This document shows, piece by piece, positions 13,215-24,869 of a stretch of DNA of 64,000 nucleotides (the stretch's first letter is position 1; each line of letters starts with the position of its first letter). The notes under the pieces are model-generated. The model made no database searches and was not told the origin of the DNA. It saw only the letters and a list, made by a program, of their open reading frames with translations. The translations under genes and the position numbers were made by a program. The stretch comes from the human T2T-CHM13v2.0 reference genome, Homo sapiens: NCBI RefSeq assembly GCF_009914755.1, contig NC_060940.1; one strand, written 5' to 3'.

Positions 13215-13367
13215 TTTTTTATTTATTTATTTATTTATTTTTATTATTATACTTTAAGTTTTAGGGTACATGTGCGCATTGTGCAGGTTAGTTACATATG
13301 TATATATGTGCCATGCTGGTGCGCTGCACCATCTTGTCATCTAGCATTAGGTATATCTCCCAATGCT
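13215..13367 (-). mobile_element. Short 3'-end fragment of a young L1PA
   Basis: T-rich/(TTTA)n tail, then TATTATACTTTAAGTTTTAGGGTACATGTG...CTAGCATTAGGTATATCTCCCAATGCT. Confidence 0.85.
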
Positions 13368-13394
13368 TAATAATTTTATATTTTCAATTGTAAT

Positions 13395-16300
13395 TGCTTT
13401 TATCTTTATTTGTATAAATTTAAGGGCTATGGGTGCACCTTTGTTACACAGAAATATTACAGTGGTATTGGCTTTAGTGTACCCAACACCCAAGTAACGT
13501 ACATTGTACCCATTAGGTGATTTTTCATCATGCTCCCAACTCCTACCCTCCCATTCTGCTAAGTCTCCAATGTCCATAATCCCTCTCTCCATATCCTTGT
13601 GTACACACTGTTTTCCTCCCACTTATAAGTAATAATGTGTGATATGTGGCTTTCTGTTTGTGAGTTAGCTCACTAATTATAATGTCCCCCAGTTCTAGGC
13701 ATCTTGCTGCAAAAGACACAGTTTCATTCCTTATTGTGGCTGACTAGTATTAAATTGTGCATATATGCTATATTCTTTTATAAAATCATCTGTCGGTGGA
13801 CACTCAGGTTGTCATATATGCTATTGAGAATAGATTTGTGGTAAACATAGAAGTGTGGGTATCTTTTTGAAATCGTGATTTCTTTGTCTTTGGGTAGTTA
13901 CCCAGTAGTGGGATTGGTAGAATAAAGGCCAGTACTGTTTCTCATTTTTTGGAAAGTCTCCATACTGTTTCCCCCCTCTCTCTCTCTTTTTTCCTTTTTT
14001 AACTATACTTTAAGTTCTGGGATACATGTGCAGAATGTGCAAGTTTGTCACATAGGTATACATAGGCCATAGTGGTTTGCTGCACCCACCAACTCATCAT
14101 CTACAATAGGTATTTCTCCTAATGCTAACCCCTCCAGCCCCCCACTCCCCAACAGTCTCCGGTGTGTGATGTTTGTTCCCCTCCCTGTGTCCTTGTGTTC
14201 TCATTGTTCAACTCCCACTTGTGAGTGAGAACATGTGGTGTTTGGTTTTATGTTCTTGTGATAGTTTGCTGAGAATGATGGTTTCCAGCTTCATCCATGT
14301 CCATGCAAAGCACATGAACTCATCCTTTTTATGGCTGCATAGTATTCCATGGTGTATATGTGCCACATTTTCTTTATCCAGCCTATCATTGATGGGCATT
14401 TGGGTTGGTTCCAAGTCTTTGCTATTGTCAACAGTGCTGCAATAAAAATATGTGTGCATGTGTCTTTATAGCAGAATGATTTATAATCCTTTGGGTATAT
14501 ACCAAACAATGAGATTGCTGGGACAAATGGTATTTCTAGTTCTATCTAGATCCTTGAATAATCACCACACTGTCTCCCACAATGGTTGAAGTAATTTACA
14601 CTACCAACCACAGTGTAAAAACGTTCCTATTTCTCCACATCCTCTCCAGCAGCTTTTGTTTCCTGACTTTTTAGTCATCACTATTCTAACTGGCATGGGA
14701 TGGCATCTCTTTGTGGTTTTGATTTGCATTTCTCAAATGACCAATGATGATGAACTTTATTTTATATGTTTGTTGGCTGAATAAACATCTTCTTTTGAGA
14801 TGTGTCTGTTCATAACCTTCCCTCAATTTTTGATGGGGTTGTTTTTTTATTGTAAGTTTGTTTAAGTTCCTTGTAGATTCTAGATATTGGCCTATTGTCA
14901 GATGGATAGATTGCAAACAATTGCTCCCATTCTGTAGGCTGCCCATTCACTCTGAAGATAGTTTCTTTTGCTGTGCAGAAGCTCTTTAGTTTACTTAGAT
15001 CTCATTTGTCAATTTTGACTTTTGTTGCAATTGCTTTTGGTGTTTTAGTCATGAAGTCCTTGCACATGCCTATGTAATGAATCGTATTGCCTAGGTTTTC
15101 TTCTAGGACTTTTATGGTTTTAGGTCTCACATTTAAGTCTTTAACCCACCATGAGTTAATTTTTGTATAAGGTGTAAGGAAGGGATCTAGTTTCAGTTTT
15201 CTGAATATGGTTAGCTAGTTTTCCCAACACCATTTATTAAATAGGGGATCATTTTCCCCATTGCTTCTGTCAGGTTTTTCAAAGATCAGGTGGGTGTAGA
15301 TGTGTGGCATTATTTCTGAGACCTCTATTCTGTTCCATTGGTCTATATATCTGTTTTGGTACCAGTACCATGCTGTTTTGGTTACTGTAGCCTTGTAGTA
15401 TAGTTTGAAGTCAGGTAGCATGATGCCTCCAGCTTTGTTCTTTTTCCTTAGGATTGTCTAGGCTATATGGGCTCTTTTTTGGTTCCATATGAAATTTAAG
15501 GTAGTTTTTTTCTAATTCTGTGAAGGAAGTCAATGGTAGCTTGATGGGGATAGCATTGAATCTATAAATTACTTCGGGCAATATGGCCATTTTCATGATA
15601 TTAATTCTTCCTATCTATGAACATGGAATGTTTTTCCATTTGTTTCTGCCCTCTCTTATTTCCTTGGGCAGTGGTTTGTAGTTCTCTTGAAGAGGTCCTT
15701 CACATCCTTTGTAAGTTGTATTCCTAGGTATTTTATTTTCTTTGTAGCAATTGTAAATGAGAGTTCACTCATGATTTGGCTCTCTGTCTTTCTATTATTG
15801 GTGTATAGGAATGTTTGTGATTTTTCCACATTGATTTTGTATCCTTAGACTTTGCTGAAGTTGCTTATCAGCTTAAGGAGATTTGGGGCTGAGATGATGG
15901 GGTTTTCTAAATATATAATCATGTCATCTACAAACAGAGACAGTTTGACTTCCTCTTTTCCTATTTGAATACCCTTTATTTATTTCTCTTGCCTGATTTC
16001 CCTGGCCAGAACTTCCAATACTATGTTGAATGGGAGTGGTGAGACAGGGCATCCTTGTCTTGTGCCGGTTTCCAAATCCACCATGATCAAGTTGGCTTCA
16101 TACCTGGGATGCAAGGCTGGTTCAACATATGCAAATCAATAAACATAATCCATCACATAAACAGAACCAATGGAAAAAAAAACATTATTATCTCAATAGA
16201 TGCAGAAAAGGCCTTCAATAAAATTCAACACCGATTCATACTAAAACCGCTCATTAACTAGGTATTGATGGAATGTATCTCAAAATAATAAGAGCTGTTT

Positions 16301-17110
16301 ATGAGAAATGCATAGTCAATATCATACTCAATCCATACTGTTTTCTATAGAGGTCGTACTCGTCCACATTCTCATCAACAGTGTCTAAGAGTTCACTTTA
16401 CATTTCATCCTCTCCAACATCTGTTATTTTTGACTTTTTAATAATAGCCATTGTGAACGGTATGATATCTCACTACAGTTTTAATTTGCATTTCCCTGAT
16501 GATTAGTGATGCTGAGCATTTTTTATGTATCTATTGTCCATTTTTATGTGTTATTTACAAAAATGTCTACTCAAGTTGTTTGCTCATTTTAATGGGGTTA
16601 TTTGGTTCTTGTTTTCTTTCGTAGTTGTTTGAGTTTCTTGTTAATTCTGCATATTAGTACTCCGTCAGAGGCACAGTGTGCAAATATTTTCTATCATTCT
16701 GCACTTTGTCTGTTCACTCTGTTGCTGTGAAGAAACTTGTTAGATTCATTAAGTCCCATTTGTCTATTATTTGCTTTTTGTCTTTTGGTTTTTGGCTTGT
16801 GCTTTTGAGTTCTTAGTCGTAAATTATTTACCTAGGCCAGTGTCCAGAAGAGTTGTCCTGGTGTTTTATTTGAATACGTTTACAGTTTGAGGTCTTACAT
16901 TTAAACCTTTAATCTATTTTCTGTTAATTATTTACATGTTGAGGGTGGGTGTCCAGTTTAATTCATGTGCATATAGCTATCCAATTTCCCCAGCGCCCTT
17001 TATTGAATGAGGTGACCTTTCCCTGGTGTATACGTTGGTTAATTTTTGTTAACTTTGTCAAAGATCACTTGGCCATAGATTATGTGGCTCAATTCTGGGT
17101 TCTGCAAAAT
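13395..17110 (-). mobile_element. Older L1 (L1MA/L1PB-like) split by a nested L1PA at 13971-16331
   Basis: Diverged L1 3'UTR/ORF2-end sequence at 13395-13970 resumes at 16332 after the duplicated target site. Confidence 0.7.
13971..16331 (-). mobile_element. 5'-truncated, 5'-inverted (twin-primed) L1PA
   Basis: Minus-strand L1 3' part at ~13985-16075 and plus-strand inverted part at ~16076-16331 ([18 protein letters not shown]...). TSD TCCATACTGTTT at 13959-13970 and 16332-16343. Confidence 0.9.
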
Positions 17111-17249
17111 GTACCCAAGAGCCTTGATTTTCCTGGGGCCTCAATACTGATCTGCTCACTGCTTGAACTCCATTGACTCAGTGATGCTCCTATCATTGTC
17201 GTGGTTTGTTGTCATGCGATGGCTTTCCTAAAATTGTGGACAATTCTGT

Positions 17250-17755
17250 TTTCTTTTTTTTTTTTTAATTATTATACTTTAAGTTTTAGGGTACATGTGT
17301 ACAATGTGCAGGTTAGTTACATATGTATCCATGAGCCATGTTGGTGTGCTGCACCCATTAACTCATCATTTAGCATTAGGTATATCTCCTAATGCTGTCC
17401 CTCCCCCCTCCCCCCACCCCACAACAGTCCCCAGAGTGTGATCCCCTTCCTGTGTCCATGTGTTCTCATTGTTCAATTCCCACCTATGAGTGAGAACATG
17501 TGGTGTTCGGTTTTTTGTCCTTGTGATAGTTTACTGAGAATGATGGTTTCCAGTTTCATCCATGTCTCTACAAAGGACATGAATTCATCATTTTTTATGG
17601 CTGCATAGTATTCCATGGTGTATATGTGCCACATTTTCTTAATCCAGTCTATCATTGTTGGACATTTGGGTTGGTTCCAAGTCTTTGGTATTGTGAATAG
17701 TGCCGCAATAAACATACGTGTGCATGTGTCTTTATAGCAGCATGATTTATAGTCC
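17250..17755 (-). mobile_element. 5'-truncated L1PA (L1PA3/4-like) 3' end
   Basis: Poly-T, 3'UTR and ORF2 C-terminus (MFIAALFTIPKTWNQPKCP...SLIGGN). Confidence 0.9.
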
Positions 17756-18477
17756 TGTTCAAACTTGAGCTAGGAATTTCATAAGAAAAGTGTTGTCGAA
17801 TTTTTCATTTCTTTTCCACATTGATCCTCAGACTTACTGAGATGGGTTTCTGATGTCAAGCTGAGGCATTTTACTTTCCAAGTGTTGGATTTTATACTTA
17901 CCTGGGTATTTAATCACCCCCTGTGTGGAAATCAGCCTCATCTATCACACCTTCCCTATAAAATTTCTAGAAATTTATTTGTACACTGCAAGTGAGACAC
18001 TCCATGATGAGGACACATTCTGTCTTTCTTGTTGTTTCATAAAATTACTTTATTAGTGTAAATTTGTCTCTGCAAGAAAAGATGGTATCTGGATTTTAAT
18101 TAATCATCCTGCTCTTTTATCTCCACATTCTTCTCCAACACTATTTCCTGCAGTTTAAGAATGTCATATGTTATAGATATTTGTATTCAGACCCTTGGAA
18201 GGATATGAGCTCAAGAAATAAGTGGCCACATATCAGTGATGCATGTGGCCGAGGTAATGGGACTCTTAGATGCTCAATCTTTGTCAAACAGGATACAGCC
18301 TCTGCTTACATGGATCACTAACAGGGAGCATGACATTTAATAATACAGAATAGGAAAACAGACAGGGCTCTGAGTCTGGTTGGTATAGGAAACACAAGCC
18401 CTGGCAGGAAATGGCATCTCAGTCACACTTTCCTGTTCTGCAGAGGTAGGGAGGGAGCACCACTGAGACGCAGCCTG

Positions 18478-18516
18478 GGTTCTTGTACAGGAGGCATCCT
18501 GGGCTGTGTCTCTGTG
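18478..18516 (-). promoter_or_regulatory. V(D)J recombination signal sequence (23-bp spacer)
   Basis: Minus strand: heptamer CACAGAG (18516-18510), 23-bp spacer ACACAGCCCAGGATGCCTCCTGT, nonamer ACAAGAACC (18486-18478). Confidence 0.93.
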
Positions 18517-18960
18517 CTCTCCATGCACAGTAATACGTGGCTGTGTCCACAGGGTCCATGTTGGTCATGGTAAGGACCACCTGGCTTTTGGAGGTGTCCT
18601 TGGAGATGATGAGCCTGTTCTTCAGAGACGTGCTGTAGGATTTTTTGTCATTCAAAAAAATGTGAGCAAGCCACTCCAGGGCCTTCCCTGGGGGCTGACG
18701 GATCCAGCTCATACCCATTCCAGAAGTGCTGAGTGAGAACCCAGAGAGAGTGCAGGTCAGCGTGAGGGTCTCTGTGGGTTTCACCAGCGCAGGACCAGAC
18801 TCCTTCAAGGTGACCTGGGACAAGACCCCTGTGGAGAAGACATAAGAAGATGAAGCCCACAAAGGAGAGAACTGATGTTTCACTTCTGAGGAAGTCCCTG
18901 ACCACAACACTCACAGGAAGGGGTGGTCAGCAGCAGGAGTGTGGAGCAAAACGTGTCCAT
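18517..18960 (-). CDS. IGHV2OR16-5: Immunoglobulin heavy variable subgroup 2 orphon, open frame; join(18960-18915, 18828-18517)
   Basis: Leader [16 protein letters not shown] with GTGAGT donor; 86-bp intron ending TCCACAG; VLS|[100 protein letters not shown]. Both conserved Cys and the Trp are present. IGHV2 is certain; the orphon name is from recalled sequence. Confidence 0.88.
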
Positions 18961-19000
18961 AGTGGGGCACAGGAGTCACTGAGCGAGGCCCCATTCTCGG

Positions 19001-19042
19001 CTTTTGAACCCAGAGGAGGGTGGAGCTGGTGGAGATTTGCAT
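19001..19042 (-). promoter_or_regulatory. IGHV promoter: octamer plus TATA-like element
   Basis: ATGCAAAT on the minus strand (19042-19035), ~75 bp upstream of the ATG; TTCAAAAG at 19008-19001. Confidence 0.85.
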
Positions 19043-19701
19043 CCCCTCATCTGAGTCCTACTCTATGGGGTGCACTCAGGTCTCAGGACTCAGTAGGGGA
19101 GTGCATCTGTGGTGAAGAGCAGTGAGCCCTCAGGTGTGGACTTCCACGTGTGCTCTCCATGGGGGACTCCATCTCATTTCAGGACCATGCCTTTCAGCCA
19201 AGGCTCTGAGATTCCTGCTCCTACAGACAGGGTCTTCTCTAAGTCTCACCCAGGCAGCATGCAGCTTTCTGGTTTTAGTCCTAGAGGATGAGAGGAGAAA
19301 TCAATAGAGATGGTTTTCTTTCTTCCTTCAGGAGAAATGAGGGTGGGAATCTGGTAGAGCAAGGGGCTTCCCATAAGTTTCTGATAAAAATCCTCTTTGT
19401 TTAGGGGGAAAGTGATGATTTTTTTAAATGATAGAGAATACATCAACAAAACATTTAAAAATGTATTGTGTAAAGAAGTGTAAATAGCATTTCAGCCATT
19501 TACACACTGCAAGACACACTGCTTATTAGTGTGTCTGCACATAGGTGCATTCCTGTAGGAATGTTCCATGGATAATCAATCTTGTCTTTATGCCCTGTCA
19601 GCCCTTTAGGAAGAGTAGACTGCATCTCTGACATCCCTCTTCCAGCGCATGAGTGAGCAGAGGCTTTAAACAGGGTAATTGGAGGAATCCCAGGGGAGCA
19701 G

Positions 19702-20330
19702 CTGGCTTTTTGATCCCGCCGCCGCGGCTTTTTGCGGCTTTTGGCCGCCGCCGCAGGTTTTTGCCGCCGCCGCAGGTTTCTCCCGCCCCGGCTTTATGCC
19801 CCCCGCCGACGCAGCTTTTTGCCGCTGCGGCTTTTTGTCCCCGCCGCCGCGGCTTTTTGTCCCCGCCGCCGCGGCTTTTTGCGGCTTTCTACCTCCGCCG
19901 CCGCGGCTTTTTGCCCCCGCCGCCGCGGCTTTCTCTGCCGCGGCTTTTTGACCCCGTCGCCGCGGCTCTTTGCCCCCGCCGCCGCGGCTTTCGGCCTCGT
20001 CGCGGCGGCTTTCTGCCCCCGCCCCCGTTGCTTTTTGCTCCCGCCGGCACGGCTTTTTGCCTCCGCCGCCGCGGCTTTTTGCCCCCGAAGCCACGGCTTT
20101 TTGCGGCTTTTTGCCCCCGCCGCCACGACTTTTTGCCCTGCCACAGCGGCTTTTTGTGGCTTTTGGCCCCCGCCGCCCCGGCTTTTTGCCCCCGCCGCCA
20201 CAGGTTGTTCCCACCGCGGCTTTTTGCCTCCGCCGCCTCGGCTTTCTACACCCGCCGCCGCAGCTTTCTGCCTTTGCGGCTTTTTGCACCCGCCCCCCCA
20301 TGCCACTTTTTGCCCCCGCCGCCGCGGCTC
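19702..20330 (+). repeat. GC-rich GCTTTTTGC array, copy 1 (unit ~GCCGCCGCGGCTTTTTGCCCCC)
   Basis: CpG-dense tandem ~22-bp units with 10-11-bp sub-units. Confidence 0.93.
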
Positions 20331-20709
20331 TGACTGCAGGATCCGCCAACTAGGCTGCCAGCTCTACCGGCGTCCTGGCTCGGGCAGCGCCAAGGGGCGC
20401 TCCTCGTCCAGCTCTCCCGGCTCAGGGGTTCCTTGCCTAGACGCCCGCACCCCTAGCTCCCCGCCTTGACCGCTGCAGCCTGCATAGAGTGGCGCTGCGC
20501 CCGGCTGCGATGGGAGAGAAGAAGGAGGGCGGTGGCGGGGGTGATGCGGTGGCGCAGAGGGAGGCGCAGGGGCCGCCGCTAGCCGGGTGCTGCAGCAGTG
20601 CGGGCAGCTCCAGAAGTTCATAGGCATCTCCATCGGCAGCCTGCTCGGGCTGCGCACCCAGTGCTCTGTGTCCAACGACCTCACCCAGCAGGAAATACGG
20701 ACGATGGAG
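20331..20709 (+). pseudogene. KSR1: KSR1 5' region/exon 1 duplicate, copy 1 (frameshifted)
   Basis: CTG-CAT-AGA-GTG-GCG-CTG-CGC at 20480 corresponds to MDRAALR. ATG at 20510 gives [13 protein letters not shown]; a 1-bp loss leads to TAG at 20621. The other frame reads [40 protein letters not shown], then donor GTAAGG at 20710. The symbol names the parent gene. Confidence 0.9.
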
Positions 20710-21518
20710 GTAAGGGGGTCCGGGACCCCGGCTGGGCTCGAGGAGCGGCCCGGACACCTCCCTTGGGGCCCCAGTTCACTCCTGGCCGAGTTGCATCCTT
20801 GAGCCCGCATGGCCCCCTTGGAGGCTTCTCCTCCCTCCTGCACTAGCTGATGCAGCAGCCAGAGGACCCCGGACTAGCCCTCACCTTGGGCAGGATTTGT
20901 GGGGCGGGTGCGTGATGGGAACTTGGATGGAGGCTCGAGGGGCCCGTGGGCAGGGTGGGCTGCGCACAGACATCCCCTTACAACCCGAATTTCCATCTGG
21001 TCCAGCCCTCTCGTCTTGTAGGTGAGGAAACCGAAGGCCTGAGGGAGAACTGACTTGCCAGGAACCTCTCTTAAAGAGAATTAACAAAGTGTGGTTATTA
21101 AAGGAGAAATGAGTTGGGAGTCAGACCTGGAAGCCCACACCCTTGGTTAAGACATTATACCACCTTGAGTCTGGCCTGTTGACTGAGGGTGAGCCACTCC
21201 ATCCTCGTCTGATTGTGGGGTCTTGACCTCAAGGGGTTTCCTGCAGGAAGAAGCAAATGGGTTTGCTTTCCTAGCTCTGTCCACTACCTTAGGGACCCTG
21301 AGGACTGGAGAGATTCTTGGAGAGCTATCTAGTGTATGTCATGGGTGGGCCTTTTTTGAAGGTCAGTCTGCCCAGTGGGCTGGCTCAGCCCGAATGAACT
21401 CTCTTGAATCTTTGGAGTTGTCTGTGTACTTTTAAGGGCTTCTCATCCTTGCACCAAAAGATCCCCTGGAAATTAGGTGGGAAAACCTTAACTTTCATGG
21501 GACCTTTTTCATGCACAT

Positions 21519-21779
21519 GGCCAGGTGTGGTGGCTCACACCTGTTATCCTTTCCTGGATCCCTTGAGTCAAGGAGTTTGAGACCAACCTGGACAATATAG
21601 TGAGACCATGTCTCTACAAAAAATAAAATGTTAGCCAGGAGTGGTTGTGCGCATCTATAGTCCCAGCTACTACTGTGGCTGAGGCAGGCGGAGCACTTGA
21701 GCCTGCACTGAGCTGTGATCTCACCAGTGTGCTCCAGCCTGGGCCACTGAGCAAGACCTTGACTCAAAAAAAAAAAAAA
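21519..21779 (+). mobile_element. AluJ-like, internally deleted (copy 1)
   Basis: GGCCAGGTGTGGTGGCTCACACCTGT...CTTGAGTCAAGGAGTTTGAGACC...poly-A. Confidence 0.85.
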
Positions 21780-21888
21780 TTTCTTGAAGATTTTGCATTC
21801 TGTCCCACTATCCATTGGTTTTCATGTCAAGATAATGTCAGAAATTCTTTACAATTGCTTCCAGAAGGAGTAGCCTTTTGATCTAGTG

Positions 21889-22082
21889 CACAGGTGTCCA
21901 GTCTTTTGGCTTCTCAGGGCCACATTGGAAGAAGAATTCTCCTGGGCCACACATAAAATACACTATTGCTAACGACAGCTGATGAGCTTATAAAAAAAAA
22001 AAGGTTTGTGCATAATTTTCATGATACCCACCACCACAGATAGGCGGAAAAGTCCTTTTAGTCAAAGGGTTGGACACGGCTG
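21889..22082 (+). mobile_element. MER30-like hAT DNA transposon (copy 1)
   Basis: CAGGTGTCCAGTCTTTTGGCTTCTCAGGGCCACATTGGAAGAAG...GGTTGGACACGGCTG; 8-bp TSD ATCTAGTG on both sides. Confidence 0.8.
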
Positions 22083-22443
22083 ATCTAGTGTCTTGTCATC
22101 AGTTTTGGCTTTCTCCCTGATTCCAGAATGCAGGTAGAGATGTAGATACGTGCTCTCAGGACAGCTGTTGAGATAAAAAAATTCATTGTCATTTATTCCC
22201 AAGCACAGCTGTTTCTCATTTGCATTAAAAAAGTCTCCAAACCGCTGTCACATATAAAACCTGTTTATATAAGTCTGTATTTTTCTGTTGTCATGACATT
22301 TGTGGGCAGTAGTGTGTTTTAACCGAGCAAACTGTCCTTCAAATAATGAAGCCGAAGTCAGCCTACCTGCTTGCCATGTTTCTTCCCCTTCCATTTTTCT
22401 AACCTCAGGATAATTGTAAGAATGAATTAAGATTTGTGTTTAA

Positions 22444-22590
22444 GGCCAGGCACAGTGTCTCAGGCCTGTAGTCTTAGCACTTTGGGAGGGGGAGACGGAT
22501 GTATCGCTTGAGCTCAGGAGTTGAAGACCAGCCTGGGCAACATACTAAGACTCCGTTTTGTACAATTAAATTAAAATTTAAAAAAAGAAG
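22444..22590 (+). mobile_element. Alu left monomer / FLAM (copy 1)
   Basis: ~130-bp monomer with A tail; near-perfect TSD AAGA(T/C)TTGTGTTT. Confidence 0.8.
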
Positions 22591-23464
22591 AGGAAAAGAC
22601 TTGTGTTTCAAATTTTAAAAAAGCGGGGGGAAAGGTAATGCAAAATGTGGACTATGCCAGCTATGATTAAGAAAAATAATTTTTCCTACAGCATTATCTG
22701 TAGACTTGTATTAGCAGCATACTGGTCATAAGCGTTTTGCTTTCCTCAAATATGATGAGGTAAGCTACTTTAAAGTGTGGTGGGGCTTTCTTCTGCGTGG
22801 CTCCTGGAGGTGTTCAGTCCCAATTTAGCCAATTAATTTGGGTTTGGTTTTGATATGGATAAGGGAGACGAGCTTCATTCATGGTACACACACAGTTTTG
22901 CCAATAAGGAAAAAATAAAGCAACCTGAATGTTCCTACTCATTAGATGCTATCTGGAGAGCTCCTACCCCACCCTCGCCAAGGCCCGGGCCCTTAAAAAG
23001 ACTCAATGCAGCCTTTCTGTATCTCATACTGTATTCTGCAAGATGCTCCTGTGAAAGAAAGTTGTGCTGCATCAGCCATCTCCCTCCTGAAGATCCCTGT
23101 GGATGAGGATTTGCGTTTAAAAGGTTCTGAGAACTCCTGCAACAACAGTTCTCAAACTTATTTGTCCAGGGGATCTTTTCTTCCACTGAACATAGTTGGG
23201 GAGACACGGCCTTAAGCCTTGAGCAGAGAAAGAGACAAGAAACAGTTGGCTCACTTACAACCAAGTGTTGTGTTTATGTTTTAGGTTTTTATGAAACTGA
23301 GGTGCTGTTTGAAGTTCTAAATGAAATTGGGTGGTTGAAGAGAGGCTGGTATCCCTGTAGACTTAGCCAGCCATGTGAGGTTGCCTTTTGTTGAAGGAGG
23401 TGTTTTACAAAGGGAAATAGGGTGTCTCCTGGGCATCACATTAGCACTTAAATGCATGTATCAC

Positions 23465-23841
23465 TGAAATGAAATGAAATGATGAAATGATGAAATGAAA
23501 TGAAATGATTAAATGAAATGATGAAACAAAATGATGAAATGAAGAAATGAAACGATGAAATGATGAAATGAAATGATGAGATGAAATGAAATGGTGAAAT
23601 GTTGAAATGAAATGATGACATGAAATTAAATGATGAAATGATGCAATGAAATAATGCAATGATGAAATGGAATGATGAAATGAAATGATGAAATGATGAA
23701 ATGAAATGAAATGAAATGATGAAATGATGAAATGAAAAGATGAAATGATGAAATGAAGAAATGGGATGAAATGATGAAATGAAATGAAATGATGAAATGA
23801 AGTGAAATGATGAAATGATGAAATGATGAAATAATGAAATG
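23465..23841 (+). repeat. (GAAAT/GATGAAAT)n simple satellite, copy 1 (truncated by L1)
   Basis: Mixed GAAAT and GAT units, ending directly at the L1 5' end. Confidence 0.93.
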
Positions 23842-24869
23842 AGGGGTGGAGCCAAGATGGCCGAACAGGAACAGCTCTGGTCTACAGCTCCCAGCATGAG
23901 CAACTCAGAAGACAGGCGATTTCTGCATTTCCATCTGAGGTACCGCGTTCATCTCACTAGGGAGTGCCCAACAGTGGGTGCAGGACAGTGGGTGCAGCGC
24001 ACCATGTGCAAGCTGAAGCACAGCGAGGCATTGCCTCACTCGGGAAGTGCAAAGGGTCAGGGAGTTCTCTTTCCTAGTCAAAGAAAGGGGTGACAGACGG
24101 CACCTGGAAAATCAGGTCACTCTCACCCTAATACTGTGCTTTTCCAATGGGCTTGGAAAAGAGCACACCAGGAGATTGTGTCCTGCACCTGGCTTGGAGG
24201 GTCCTACGCCCACAGAGTCTCACAGATTGCTAGCACAGCAGTCTGAGATCAAACTGCAAGGCGGCAGTGAGGCTGGGGGAGGGGTACGCACCATTGCCCA
24301 GGCTTGCTTAGGTAAACAAAGCAGCCAGGCAGCTGGAACTGGGTGGAGCCCACCACAGCTCCAGGAGGCCTGCCTGCCTCTGTAGGCTCCACCTCTGGGG
24401 GCAGGGCACAGACAAACAAAAAGTCAGCAGAAACCTCTGCAGACTTAAATGTCCCTGTCTGACAGCTTTGAAGAGAGTAGTGGTTCTCCCAGCACGCAGC
24501 TGGAGATCTGAGAACGGGCAGACTGCCTCCTAAAGTGGGTCACTGACCCCCGAGCAGCCTAACTGGGAGGCACCCCTCAGTAGGGACAGACTGACACCTC
24601 ACTCGGCCGGGTAGTCCTCTGAGACCAAATTTCCAGAGGAACGATCAGACAGCTGAATTTGTGGTTCATGAAAATCTGCTGTTCTGCAGCCACCGCTACT
24701 GATACCCAGGCAAACAGGGTCTGGAGTGGACCTCTAGGAAACTCCCACAGATCTGCAGCTGAGGGTCCTGTCTTTTAGAAGGAAAACTAACAAACAGAAG
24801 GACACCCACACCAAAAGCCCATCTGTACATCACCATCATCAAAGACCAAAAGTTGATAAAACCACAAAG

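Larger units (their letters stand above)
20710..23465 (+). other. Sequence after the KSR1 exon-1 donor (probable intron-1 paralog), copy 1
   Basis: Colinear with 55646-58444, including the same AluJ, MER30 and Alu monomer. Confidence 0.75.

Noticed and set aside
19702-20330. CRISPR-like or terminator-array reading of the hairpin plus T-run units
   Set aside because: Primate DNA with degenerate tandem units and no unique spacers or associated genes.
22855-23264. ORFs apparently conserved between 22.9-23.3 kb and 57.8-58.2 kb
   Set aside because: The conservation simply reflects the duplication; no homology recognised.
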